Positions 30,276 to 43,145 of a stretch of 64,000 bases of DNA are shown one piece after another. Made by a program: the position numbers and the translations under genes. Source of the DNA: Lama glama (taxonomy: Eukaryota). Every line of letters starts with the position of its first letter. Positions within the stretch are counted from its first letter, which is position 1. The notes under the pieces are model-generated. The model had not been told where the DNA came from. It saw only the letters and a list, made by a program, of their open reading frames with translations, and searched no databases. Where the stretch lies: contig CM052850.1 in NCBI GenBank assembly GCA_028534125.1, forward strand, positions 26,784,001 to 26,848,000, given 5' to 3'.

Positions 30276-31907
30276 CTAGGACAGCTGCTGCTTTGAGCGC
30301 CGCTCTTTCTCACTGTGCAGCTCCCTGTAGCAGGTGATTGCATCACTGACTGCTCTTGAAACTTGCAGCGTCCACTCATCACCGGGGCTTCCACTGGTGA
30401 GGACCTGCAGGCCCGCCTCGAAATGTGACAAGGCGGCCGACAGCTCTGTGGTGGTCAGCTGACGCAGGACAGGGGCAGCATCGTCACTGTCCTCCTCTCT
30501 TGCCGGCTGCTGTTCCAGCTGCATCAGCTCCTCATTCGAGAGATCTTCCTCATGGGAGCACAGCAGCTGGTCCACCGCAGCTCCCAGCACCTCTCCAAGA
30601 GCCACATTCTGGGCAAGGGTCACAATATTTTGTCGAAGTTGTGCAATGTTGTCTGTTTGGGAAACACTCTGGAACTGAACACACTCTGGCCAAATCTTCT
30701 TCCACACGCTATTCATTGTTGCCGGTCTGAGCTCCTCCCAAGCTACTGCAATGTTGTCCACAGCATCCATGATGTTGTAGTTTCTCCAAAACTCCCTGAT
30801 TATAGCTGTATCCTCCCCATCTGTGGCTTCTAGGATGTGCTCAAAAGTCCTTCTCAGGTAATGAGCTTTGAAGGCAGAGGCTACACCTTGACCCATGGGC
30901 TGGATCAGGTCAGCTGTACTGTCATGAAGATATTCCACTCTCACGTTATCAGACAGATCGCTCAAATTTACTGGGTGGCACGGTGCACTGTCTAAGATGA
31001 GCAGTGCTTTGTTAGTGAGATTATTTTGGGCACAGTATTTTTCAACTGCAGGGCAAAAAAAGTACGTAAACCATTCATGAAAGATGCTCCTGGTTGCCCA
31101 GGCCTTTTTGTTTGAGCGCCAAATTACTGGCAGATTGGGCTTGGAGTACCCCTTCAGAGCCTTGGGGTTTTCTGAGTGGTACACCAGTAAGGGCTTCAAC
31201 TTGAAGTCCCCAGCTGCGTTGCCACCGAGCAGCAGCATCAGGCGTTCTCTGCATGACTTAAAGCCTGGCTCAGCTTTCTCTTCTACTGAAAGGAACGTTC
31301 CTTCAGGCATTCTTTTCCAATACAGACCTGTCTCATCTACATTAAAAACTTGCTGGGGGGTGTACTCACCTTCTTGGATAATGCTTTTCAGTATTTCTGG
31401 ATAGATATCCTTGTTGCCAGCGGCTGTGAGGTTCGTCTTGAAGTGAGGCAAACAATGGCGCTCCTTGAATCTCACAAACCACCCTTTACTTGCACTAAAC
31501 TTCTCTGTTTGAGAACTTTCACCCTGTTCACGCTGCAAGTCATCAAACAAACTCTTAGCCTTCTCCTGAATAACTGCGACACTCACGGGCACGTTTCGCT
31601 GGCTCTGGTCTTCAAGCCACACACGCAATAGGCGCTCCATGGTCTCCATGATTGCACTTCGGTGGCGAGTCAATCGAGAGGCTCTCAAGGGAGTAGCTAT
31701 TTGTGAACTCGCTTTGATTTTCTCTTTATTATCTCGGATCGTTGCCACTGTGGAGACAGCGAGGCCTAAGGTCTTTGCAATTTGGCTGAGCTTTTCACCC
31801 ACTTCAAATCGTCTTAACACTTCTAATTTTATGTCGAGCGTAATTGCCTTCCGTTCCCTTTTGGCACTCGGGGTGACCATTGCATTTAGGGGCCTTTTCC
31901 TAGGCAT
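30276..31907 (-). CDS. CENPBD1: CENP-B DNA-binding-domain protein 1; full-length domesticated pogo/Tigger transposase (HTH-psq, HTH_Tnp_Tc5, DDE_1, acidic C-terminus), 543 aa, single coding exon
   Basis: Uninterrupted ORF starting [10 protein letters not shown]. Contains [13 protein letters not shown] (psq HTH), [38 protein letters not shown] and QPMGQG. Its position between DEF8 and AFG3L1, head-to-head with AFG3L1, matches CENPBD1 synteny. Confidence 0.9.
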   Translation of the reverse strand: MPRKRPLNAMVTPSAKRERKAITLDIKLEVLRRFEVGEKLSQIAKTLGLAVSTVATIRDNKEKIKASSQIATPLRASRLTRHRSAIMETMERLLRVWLEDQSQRNVPVSVAVIQEKAKSLFDDLQREQGESSQTEKFSASKGWFVRFKERHCLPHFKTNLTAAGNKDIYPEILKSIIQEGEYTPQQVFNVDETGLYWKRMPEGTFLSVEEKAEPGFKSCRERLMLLLGGNAAGDFKLKPLLVYHSENPKALKGYSKPNLPVIWRSNKKAWATRSIFHEWFTYFFCPAVEKYCAQNNLTNKALLILDSAPCHPVNLSDLSDNVRVEYLHDSTADLIQPMGQGVASAFKAHYLRRTFEHILEATDGEDTAIIREFWRNYNIMDAVDNIAVAWEELRPATMNSVWKKIWPECVQFQSVSQTDNIAQLRQNIVTLAQNVALGEVLGAAVDQLLCSHEEDLSNEELMQLEQQPAREEDSDDAAPVLRQLTTTELSAALSHFEAGLQVLTSGSPGDEWTLQVSRAVSDAITCYRELHSEKERRSKQQLS

Positions 31908-32199
31908 CTCTGCCTCCAGAATGTACTGAAATGACAGCAGTCCCCGGTGCAAGAAAGCCTGTGGTTCCTCTATGCTCCCTTGCAGAACTAGGGAAAGCGA
32001 AAATGGGGCTTCGAGGAGGCGCAGGCTGACGACCTCGGACACGGGAAAGGGTCACCACAGGCCTGCCTAGCCACGCTGCCCAGAAACAGAGCAGTTCATT
32101 CTGCCCTGGGCAGTGTGGGCCTCCAGTATCAATCAGCGTCCAAATTCCTGGAAAGCAGGCACATCTAAACTGGCGTGTGCCTCCGTGATGCAGAACACA

Positions 32200-33230
32200 G
32201 AAATCCGTGCAAAAGAATAGCGCCGCCGGGCGGCGCACGGCGCACAGGCTCCCAGGTCCCGGAGGAAGCTCAGGAAAGCAGGCCAGCGCGCCGCCGCCGG
32301 CCTTCGCTTTGTGAGCCGCTTCCCAGGGAGGACCCCAGAAATGGGTGTTCTTGGAGATGCCCTATTTAAAATAAGTCTCGGGCCGCTGGCCATCCTCTTA
32401 GCGCCTCGCTCGAGCCGGCCACTGGGGTTCCGGCGCCCAGCTGTCTGGGCAGGGCAAGCAGCGCTCACGTTCGTATCCTAAAGAGTCGGGCAATAGAGTA
32501 GACACCTAACGAGAGGCCCCGGGAGCGCGCCCTGTCCTTACTGCGCACGCGTGAGGCTTCGCCGAGGTCGGCGCGGGGGCGTGGCGCCTTATGACCTATT
32601 TGCCGCAATACTGCGCCTGCGCGCGCCCGAGCGGCGCGAGGTCAGGGTTGGAAATGTTGCAGTGGCTGGCGGCATGTCGGTGGCCGGGCCGCTCGCCGTG
32701 CTGTGGCGATGCGGCGGTGGCCCGCGAGGCGGCAGGACGGCCCGGGCAGGCTCGAGGGCCCTCGGAGCCGCCCGGCAGGTGAGCGGGGAGGTGCTGGCTC
32801 CCCGCCGGATCCGGGGGGCGGGAGTGGGGGGGGGGCGGCCGCGCTCGTCGCCGCGGTGACGCCATCCAGGTGCGCCGGCCGGCGCGGTGGGGCGCCGTGC
32901 AGGAACACGGTGAGAGAACGCGAGGGGAGCTCGGGAGCCGAGGGGCTGCGACCTCACGTCCGGCCGTGCGGCCCCGGGCTCCTCCCCGGCCCTGCGGCCG
33001 AGGCGGCTGCCCCTGGCCGGAACCTGTCTCCCTCTGTTCTCTGAGCCCCCGCCCTTCTCCCTGCGGCGCCTTCCGCCCTTGGAAAATTCCCGCTGCCCCT
33101 GCCTCCTTATTGCCCTCCCCAAGGAGCCCCACGTTGAGTGCACTGCGTTCAAGCCTCGCTCCACTGCGAACCTGCCCTGTCTTCTCGGGCACTCGCTCCG
33201 ACTGCGAAGTGGTGTCCTCCTGGGCTCAGC
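32200..33230. promoter_or_regulatory. Bidirectional CpG island promoter for CENPBD1 and AFG3L1, with two NRF1-like motifs (32542-32551, 32612-32623)
   Basis: High CpG density between divergent genes; TGCGCACGCG and TGCGCCTGCGCG resemble the NRF1 consensus YGCGCAYGCGCR. Confidence 0.75.
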
Positions 33231-36200
33231 GGTAGTACTACCTCTGCTCTGTCAGTCTCGCAGAGTTGCTCTCCTATATGAAGATGGACATGAAGGAGTT
33301 TTATAAAGTGTTAACATAGTTGTTATTCATCGTTTTTGGAGCCCAGTTCCATCACTGTAATAATAGCTTACACTGTTTGAGGGCTTCCGTGCTAAGGGCT
33401 CTACAGGAATTATTTTATTTGAGTCATAACAATACTGCGGGTAGGCGCTTGTATAATCCCATTTTATAGAAGAGGAAATATAAGACCGCAGCTGGTCGGC
33501 TGCTGCTCCAGCCTCTTCACTTTTAGATACTTCTGTACTGTACGCCCTCCCCTGGGTTCGGTACTGTGAAATATTATTCCACATTTTACGGTTGCTTTTT
33601 TTCTTTTTTCTTTTTTGTATTGATATAGCCTTAGGGTGCTGTCACATTGAAGGACCTCAGTGGTTTTGGTTGTGAAGGGAAGAAGTTGGATGATTTTTGA
33701 GTTCCTTCCCAGACTCTGTTATTCATCTGTTGAGTCTCCTAGCTGGGTGACATCATGGTGAGCAGGACAGGCAAGGGCTCTGCCCGGTTAACTGCTCTGC
33801 TTTGAGGGCTTGGTGATTTGTAGGCTGAGGGGCCATGCAAAGGCTGAGGGCGAAGTAGCAGTCAGCACTGTAGGTAAAGGATATACCCGTGCAGTCTGCA
33901 CTCATCAGGTGGAACCCTATGTTCTGGAAGCTTCTGTGCAGGTATTTTTTCATTCAGTGAGTTTCCTGCACTGCCCCTGCCACCCAAGAGGGGGAACCAG
34001 ACAACAAGCACGTATATAGCATGAAGGTGGTTTTACGAGGTGTGAAGGAAGAGAAGATAGAGCAAAGGCAGTGAGAATGAAGAGAAGGGAGTGGAGGAGA
34101 ATGAATGCCACTTTGTCTCAGGTGGGATAGTCGGCTCCTGAAGGGAGGAGGGTACTGAGCGGTGGCTCGCCAGCAGGTGGACGAGGGTTGGTGAGGCTGC
34201 ACGTGAGTGACTCTGTTACACAGACCAGGGTCCCTTGATGTGTGATCTGGCGCAGAAAGGACAGTGGTGCTTTGCCTGTCAGCAATGGGGCAGCCTTGCT
34301 GAGCCAGCTTCATGTCTTGGCTTTGCTTATGCAAAGACCAATTTAGAAAGCTCATCTAAACCAAATGCCAAGAATGGATAGTAGACCCCTGTCTTTGAGA
34401 GTTGCAGCCTACCGAATGTGGTCCCCTGACTAATCAGAAAAGGATTAGATCTCAAAGAAAAAGAGTTGGATGTTTTATCAAGTTTTGGGTACTGAAGTGT
34501 CGTCCTTTGTACCTCTAGGGTTGTAGACCACCTGACACTGCTGTCGAGCCACCTGCATCGCGCTGATTCTGGAGAGACCTGGGAGGTTTGGGCACCAGAG
34601 TCCTCATTGTGTACCTCCGGCTCTGGGTTATCGTACCTCAGGCACTTGTGGACCGCTCTGCACTTCTGCTTGTCTGCCCTGCAGTGGGAACAGTGGCAAG
34701 TACTTTCTCAGCAGGGGCATTGAGGGTCGGAGGAGGTGACAGAAGCACCTGGCGCACATCCGGTGCCTAGGGACCTGTGCTCCTTCATCTAAATCTCTTT
34801 TCCCGGTGACGTGCCTCTGTGACGTCAGGTCCTCGTTCTGCTGTGCACGGTGACTGGCTGCAGCAGGGAGGTTCATTCCCAGTGCAGAAGTTTCAGGATC
34901 CCCAACACCGTTACCTGTGGCTTCTTTCTGAGTCCCCCTGCATAGATTTTCCCCGATTTTAACGTCTTTCTCATAGCTTACCTTACTTTTTAGTTCTTCT
35001 GGTCTTTGATAGGCGTATTTGAATACTTTGGCTTAGTAGCAAATTAATCATTAGGGAATGAGTTTACTTTGAAGAGTGCACTGCCTCACCGTGAAAGACA
35101 GCATGGCTGGAATAACACAGTTGTCACCCGCAGACCCGGCTTCATTAGGATAAAACACTGGGGCCATCCCGATCTGCGGCTGGGTTGGACTTCTCTGAGC
35201 ACAGTCAGCACTGTGAGTGTGGTTGGTTCTGTCTTTTCAGTGTGGTGGCTTTTCTTGTGCCTGCTTTTGCTCTGGTGGCTTTCTTCTACAATAGTGGAAA
35301 CTGAAATGTCTCTAGTCCTGTCCTTGACTGGTGTTAAGTACTGTTAGCAGCTTTTGGTAAAAGCTGTCATTTTCCACTTTGAGGACTAAAGAAAATACAG
35401 GGTCTGGAAAAATGTTTGCTTTCCTGACAAAAACACTTATCTTTGGCTGAATAAAGATAAATTGTAGTACCCTTTGGTTTTTAAATTTCACATGATTTTA
35501 ATGTTAGAGTAACTTTTTTTTTTTTGAGGCTGTAATATTTTCAGTGAGCAAAATTGCCTTGGGCAAGAGGTGATTAGTGTGCTTTTGTTTGACAGCTGTA
35601 GCTATGAAAATTTGTCATGCATTTCTACATTGAATTTATTTTCCACTCATCCTGTTTGAATCATATGATAGACAAGGGCGTCCGGGTTATACCTCAGCCC
35701 GAATCCTGGCCCCTTTGGACCTGTAATGGCCACTGTGAGAAAATGCCCCATGGTATTGCAGAAGCAGCTAATTGTCTCTCGAGTTTCAATGCCTCTAGGG
35801 AACCTGCTTTCAGCAGCTGGCTCTGCAGACGAGACCGCCGTCATTTTCCTAGTGGCTGTGTTCAGAACCATCCAGAGGTACCTGTCTTTCCCCTTGCATC
35901 ACTGACAGCACAAGGCTTATGGGAACTGAGTGTGGCTTCCTCTGTATCCTCCGTAGTGGGGAACTGGGGACAGGGTGCACGACCAGGAGGCTCTGTGCCC
36001 CGCCTTAGCTTCCACACTGAGTTACATTTAGCTCATCCTGTTTCTGGGTCACCTCTACATATTTATGGTTTTGATATATCGTTGAAGACGGTGAAAGAGA
36101 AACTTCCAGGAGGAAGTTGCTTGATAAATCTTCAGGGTTGCATGGGAGCAAACCTTTGTTCCTGTGCATCTGAGGGCTGGTTAGGCCAAATCTCATGTTC

Positions 36201-37258
36201 AGAAAGCAGATAAGAGATGCTGTGCAGACTCAGTTAGTTTGGAGCCCATGTGCCCCTCAGAGCAGGCTGTGGGCTGTGCTCGGTGTGTCTCGGGAGACCC
36301 CGTGTGTGGAGCTTCAGGTGCAGAGCAGAGTGTGCTGGCAACCAGGAGGTGCGTGCTGATCCACCAAGCAGAAGTCCTAAAGAAAACTGGCTTCTCCCTA
36401 ACCCTTCCTACCCTGCTCTGATACTGTGGTTGCTGCGGTGAGTGTGATGTGTGCTTTCAGAGTGCCCGAACCTCATCATCTTGTCCCTATAGGGTTGAGA
36501 AATTATGTAATAGGAGTAGAAGGAAAAGTGACGGAAGATAAAAGGGACAGTTGGGTGGATCAGATTGTCCCTGTTTCACATGTGAGAATTTTTAAAGCAT
36601 TCATTAATTTTGGGTTAATCTTGGAGCTGGTGAGCAGGTGGGCCACGCGTGGGTGGTGGTGGCTTCCCTTCCCTTCGCTCTTGTGGGCATGGCCACGTTC
36701 CCTTCCTTTGTCCCTGGTGCTCCCCACTCCACAGCCTGTGCAGTTGGATGCCTTGACAAGTCTATCCTCTCAGTTATATCTCAGTCTGGTGAAGTTGGTG
36801 TCTCCCTGGGAACTGTGTCCTGCTCGGGCCCCATGAGTGCAGGGTGGATAGAGGCCTGCAGAAGCACCTTGGGGGTGCACTTACATGATTTACTACAAAC
36901 AGAAGACTTCTTTGGAGACTTGTGTTTTGTTTTTAACATTTATGCAGATTTCCACCCTGTCCCATAATATGTTTTTGGCCATTCCCCGGGTCATCATGGC
37001 CTTCGGGCTTCCATGGCTCTGTGTTGGCCTTGCTCAGTGCTGGCATGTACGTCAGGGGCAGGTCTGTGCTGGTGTCATCCTGGAACTTCTGTGGGTGTTG
37101 TGCATCTGCTGGTTGTTGCCTAGCTATGGACGAGTAGCCTGGCTGAGAAGGTGATTTCTGTCTCAAGCCTCTGTCTGACCACCTTTTCTTTACTCAGGGG
37201 AATGATTTTTTTTCCTGTTTTGGGTTAGTTTCCCAAGTTTTTATGGAAAAACCTGTTC

Positions 37259-37990
37259 TGTGAGTCTCCTCACTCTCGGTACGTCACTCTTCACTTCTTC
37301 ACCCACCAGGAGGTTCTGCAACGCCAGCTGGGTGTCCTGCAGCTGTAACACACACACTTCAGATGCCAGTCACACATCCCGGTGGTTACCTGCCTTACTG
37401 ACCAAACTTGCTTCCCATGACCCCCTTCTCTGGTTTGGTTAATTTGCTGGAGTGGTTCACTGGAGTCAGGATACCCGTTTGCTTGCTAGATTATTGGTTT
37501 ATTGCAAAGGACTTTAAAGGGTATGAAGGAACAGCCAGATAGGGAAGTGCACAGGGCAGGTTTGGGAACAGCCCCCAGCACAGGAGCTTCTGTCCTGGGG
37601 AACATGGGGTGCACCACCCGCCAGCATGTGGGTGTGCTCTTGTCTGCCAGCCTGGTAGCTCTCTGAACTCTGTCCTTTTGGGTTTTATGGGGGGTTCCAT
37701 TGCACAGGCATGACTGAGGAAATCGTTAGCCATTGGTGATTGATTCAAAATACAGCTCCACTCCCCCTTCTCGGAGGTGTGTAGGGTAGAGTTGAAAGTT
37801 CCAACCCTCCAGTCCCCATCACTGGAGTTTTTCCAGAAGTCACCAACACGAACTCTGGTGTGGTCGAAAGGGTCTTATGAACAACAGAAGGTGTCTTTCT
37901 CTCTCTTTCCGCTTGAGAAGCTACAAGGGTTTTGGGAGCTCCTTCCTGGAAGAGCAAATGTACATTTCTTATTAAAAAGCGAGTATCACA
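37259..37990 (-). mobile_element. Solo LTR, MER21-like
   Basis: Minus strand begins TGTGATACTCGCTTTTTAATAAGAAATGTACATTTG and ends in CA; internal CCCATGACCCCCTTCTCTGGTTTGGTTAATTTGCTGGAGTGG is typical of the MER21 group. Confidence 0.75.
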
Positions 37991-40908
37991 CAGGCTAAAC
38001 AAAAGCTGGATACCTGGCAGACACCATGATAGCAGTTATTTGCTTTTGTTTTTGTTTTTGTTTTTCCCCTTGTCATTTTTGTGTACGCTAAAATACCCTT
38101 TGGAAATTTTAATTGAAAGTGTAGTTGACTTGTTACGTGGGAAAGGAGGTATTTTTCTGGTTTGTCCCAGCTTTCTAGGACTGTTCAGGCCGCCTGATCC
38201 TTAGATTGTACTTGAAAGAAATGGGGTCCTTAGACGGCAGACGAGTGTGTCCTGCGTCAGACCTGTCTCCCCCAGGCTGGGGGCTTCAGGGGTGCTTATG
38301 GGCCTGGACTTGTGTAGTTTGAACTGTTACTGCTTCACATGCACATGTTACAGGAAGAGGCTTGCGGACTGGACTCAGTCATCTAGTTTGTGGGCCCCAG
38401 GTGTCCTGAGGAGAGGGGCTTCTGCCTGAGAGCAAGTGACATGAGTGCCAGTCTCTCATCACTTTGTTACTTTCTTTCCGCCACTTGTGTGGAAAGGTGG
38501 CTGTCACTCTGAGAGCGCAGGTCTGGAGCCAGCAAAGTGGAATGTGAGGAAGTTCGCAAGTGCCTGAACTACTACTCAGCAGTGTCTGTAGAGGGCCAGT
38601 TACAGAGGTGCTGGTTTCAGCAGGAGCATACGAAGTGTCACTTCCTTAAAAGTAACCCTCCTGGGTCACACCAGGCACGTGTGCACCAGTCACTTGTGGT
38701 TTCGTAGAGAGTTAAAGAAACTGGTTTACAGCTTCCTTCTTGTCTGGAAATGTCTAGTGATGGGGGCCTGCGGTCTCCACCACCCTTGCCGTGCCCGGAT
38801 CCCTGGAGGGTGCTGCAGGCTTCCCTCCCGCCCTTCAGAAGGGGATGCTCTCTGGGGTCAGCTCTGCCCCTCACCGCCCCCAGCCTCTTCCTTTCCATTC
38901 CCTGTTTATCTCCACAAAGCACCAGTGTTAGGAAAGCTGTATGTTGGAAGGCTGTTTAATGTGCTCTGACTCTTTCTTCTCTGGAAAGTTACATGATAGT
39001 TTTCTGAGATCATAGTTTTTCTCTTAGAAGCTGGTGGACTGAAGGATGCTGGGCCTGGAGCAGATGGAGGCAGGAGAGGAGGGGAGTGGGACGACTTTGC
39101 CTGGTGGAAACAGATGCAGAGGGTTTGTGCGTCTGAGGACTAGTCCCACCGTCCTGTCACCCTCCCAAGGAAGCAGTCACTCCAAGCTCAGGCTTTGTAC
39201 AGCTTTTCTGCTGTTTTGGAGCAATGATTTTAATTTGTAAAAACATGAAGATTTCTGTCTGAATTTTTAAAGCCCCAGGTAAGAGTAACCTGAGGAATGA
39301 TGGCTCCACGGGCAGGGCTCTTGGTGGGCACTCTGCTTCTCCTGGGTGGTCTGGGGAGCTCAGACACTGCAGAAGTCTTTCCTCCCGAGGGCTGACTTTG
39401 GTTGTGCACCGGGGGCCATGTGGCGGAGTGTCAGGAGGGAGGGTTTGGATGACTTCTCTCACTTCTATAAAGGGAGTGGCCATGTTTGCGAAGGAACCAC
39501 CCTCATTTAACTATGAAATGCTTCATGTTTGCTTTTTCCACAGGGAGAGGTGTCCTGGGGTGACAAGGATTTCCGCAGTCTGGCCGTTTTAGGGGCAGGT
39601 GTTGCCATGGGATTTTTCTACTTCTATTTTTGAGACCCTGGGAAAGAAACCAGCTGGAAGCACTTTCTGCGGTATCACCTGGTGAGAGGTCTGGTGAGGC
39701 GACTCTGTGCTCTGTCTACACACCTGTGGTGGTGGCCCATCCCTGTGGTCTGTCAACCTCGGGGTGGAGACAAGACACAGTTTTACTTCTTCCGCTAACT
39801 GCCCTGCCGAGCTCTCACACCCACTTTCCTGCTGGTTGGAGGCCCCTTTAACGTCATGGCCTGACTTCATCTTTCATTAGCTTTAGCTTCTAAGACTTAG
39901 TTCTGTTTGTTTATTTATCTTTAAATTTCAGTCTCATGTCTGAATCAGAACGCTCCCCCTCTTGGTGCACCTCTGCTCCGCTCGCTGGCCCCAGACCCTG
40001 AGGGCAAGCACTGTCAGCCCTGGGCTTTGTGTCACAGCAGCAGAGGGCCCCCCCCCCCGCTTGTCCTGCAGGACTCTCAGGCTTGAGTGCAGACTCTTCA
40101 CAAGTGCAGAGGACTCATTCCCCCGTTGCCCTAAATAACCACTTATAAGGTGAGGCTTCCTTCTGTGTGACGATGTCGGCAGAAAACTGTTGTTTACCAC
40201 TGTGTTGTCTGTCACAAGTCTGTCCTCAGAGAGCCCCTTGGTGATGCTCCCTACGTGGTGGGGGGAGGGCTGCTACAGCCCCTCTCTGCCAGGGACCTGC
40301 CACCTGCAGATGCGGCTGTGCAGAGGTTGAGACGGGTGTCTTCCTGTACCCGCATTCTGGACAGATGCCAGAGTTTCCTCGAGGGTCTGTGTGGCTGACA
40401 GTCACATGCTTGTTCCACACTCGGCCTGGAGCACGTGAAGTTGAAGTGTTCCCTCCCCAGCCCACCTGACTCAGCCCTGCGGTGTCCAGTGGGAGCTGCC
40501 TCTGGCCTGGCTCAGACCAAGGACCAGATCCTCCTGACTTAGGGGCACTTCTGTGTAGACTGGGAAAGTCCAGGTGTGAATGTGAATCTGTGTTCTCTCC
40601 AGCCATGCCCCCCACCCCCTACCCACTTGTCTGAGAAGACCCCTGATAACATCCTAGGGTGTCAAAGAAGTAAGATAGTTTTCACAGCCACCCCTGAGCC
40701 TGGGGGCACTTCCAGAGCCATGGCCTGGAACAGATGCTCTCTTGTGAAGGGCTTAATTGGGAACAAAAAACTACAGTTCCCAAAACTTCAGTAGCATTCT
40801 TTGTTTTAAAGCAGCTTTGTTGGTTTTCAAAAATTTGATAACAGAAATTTTCGGAAATAAGTAAAAACATTAAGAAGGAAGTCACCATCCCATGCTAACC
40901 CAGGCGGG

Positions 40909-40910
<2 letters not shown>

Positions 40911-40941
<31 letters not shown>

Positions 40942-40976
40942 TGTGTGTGTGTCTGTGTGTGTGTCTGTGTGTGTGT
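40911..40976. repeat. (GT)n microsatellite with GTCT interruptions
   Basis: Directly seen. Confidence 0.95.
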
Positions 40977-42731
40977 TCCTCCTGGCCAGTCTGAAAGCAT
41001 ACCTGTGGCCCACTGCACGCTCAGGCGGTGGTGCACTGCGTTGGATAAAGTGTGCCAGGTCAGCTGGGCAGCGATTCAGGCTGTCCAAGATCTCAGTGTA
41101 ATGGGGACAGTGAGGGTGCCCCCACCCTCGTCTCACCAACATGAAGGCTGGAGGGGCCTTGCTGTCTGGGGATTGTGTGTTGCAGAGGAGAAGCTGGGAT
41201 GTGCCAGGTGCTTTGAGACCTCTCTATGCCAGGTGTTATGGCTGTATTACAGACATGTTCAGGAGTCTGTTGTAGTGGTTGTGGTGGTGGTGAGTCTCCA
41301 CACTTAGGACTGTGTCCTCATTGTCCAATCCTGGGCCCTCCTGTCATTTCCACAAGCAGCTGTGTTGTAGTGGTCAAGACGGTATAGACAGGAGGCGGAT
41401 GAGGTGGTGTAGGCACAGCCTTTGCCGTGTCTGATGCGCCCTTGGAGGGCCTGTGGGCTCCAGACGGCAGGTGGGCGGGCGACAGAGGGCTGCACGTTCA
41501 TTTTGTTGGCATGCCCCTGACTGGATGGACAGGATGTTCCCAAATCAGCTCTTCTTTCAATGTAAGCTCTTTTCAGTTTGTGTTCCTTTTGGATTTTCAA
41601 GCCAGTTTAGAAGCTTAGTGCTCAGTGTACCAAATTATAATTCCTCTTCTTGAATTGGTTCCTGTTTATTAAAATAATCCCAAGCTAAAAATGTCCCTGC
41701 TAGTGCAATACAAAGCCAAGGCCTGTCTGCAGAGTGTGTGCTGCTCCCAGAGCCAGGGCGCCTGTGTGTGTGGATGTCTGAGGACCGAGGCCCGTGCCAT
41801 GCTGACAGGTGTCCTGCTTGTAACTCGGCTGCTGTGACTGGTTTTCTCTTTTCTAGGTGGACCGGCTGGAAGTCATGAACACACAGTTTGTGCGTGTGAT
41901 TCCTGCCCCTGGGACATCATCCGAGGTGAGGGGTGGGCTCAGGGCTGGGTGTTCCAGACATAGCTTTGGTATTTAGTGTAAGATGTAGTTTTATGTTTTT
42001 TTAGAGAGATGCCTCGCTGAGTTTCAGTATCCAGCACCCACCTGTGTTAATGTGCTCCTTGACTTTGTTGACACATCATATAGCACAGGACCCCTTATAA
42101 AACTGTAGCTGTGATTTCAGTGTTTTAAGTAGCATGTAAGAGCCACGAGCCAAGATTTGGGATGAGAGAAAGATGGGGTGAGGAAGTGAGGAGGCAAGCA
42201 GGTGTCAGTAGTCGATGGGCATTTTGTATGTTGACCTGACGCCTGAGCCTGTGCTTTGGGGGCCGGGACAGCAGGGCCTTCAGAGCTGCTCAGGGCTTCG
42301 CTGGGAGAGGAGCTGGTGAGGGAGGTGGCGGCCCTGGGTGGGGGCCACCTTAGGTGCCTCAGTCTCTGCAGAAGTTCGTATGGTTCAGCATCGGCAGTGT
42401 GGATGCCTTTGAGCGGAACCTGGAGACTGCTCACTGGGAGCTGGGCATCAAGACCCCCAACCGGATGGCCGTGGTCTATACCACTGAGAGCGATGAGAGG
42501 GCCAGGGTGCAGTCCAGGGCCTCTGGCTCTGAACACAGAACAGTTTAGTGCTTAACCTATTTTGGAGGGTGCATCCTTCCAGCCAGTTACAGGCATCTGC
42601 TAATAGTTATAATGTCTGTAGTGAAGAATCAGTTTGTTAGCTGTTTTTATTGAGGAAGGGCTTGGTCAGGGAAAAGTTTAGCCTTAGAAAAGTGCTGCAG
42701 TGCCTGCGGGACAGATGCTGACACATGTTAG

Positions 42732-43145
<414 letters not shown>

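Noticed and set aside
30276-31907. Active autonomous Tigger transposon
   Set aside because: No terminal inverted repeats or TA duplication were seen, the third catalytic Asp is missing, and the position matches a conserved syntenic gene.
31908-32042. 45-residue N-terminal extension of the CENPBD1 ORF (588-aa call)
   Set aside because: It begins at a non-ATG codon, spans acceptor-like pyrimidine tracts and shows no transposase similarity; the first ATG is at 31907.
36493-36545. Possible AFG3L1 exon 3 remnant (EKLCNRSRRKS after an AG)
   Set aside because: Similarity is too weak by eye and no donor was found, so it is left out of the exon list pending alignment.
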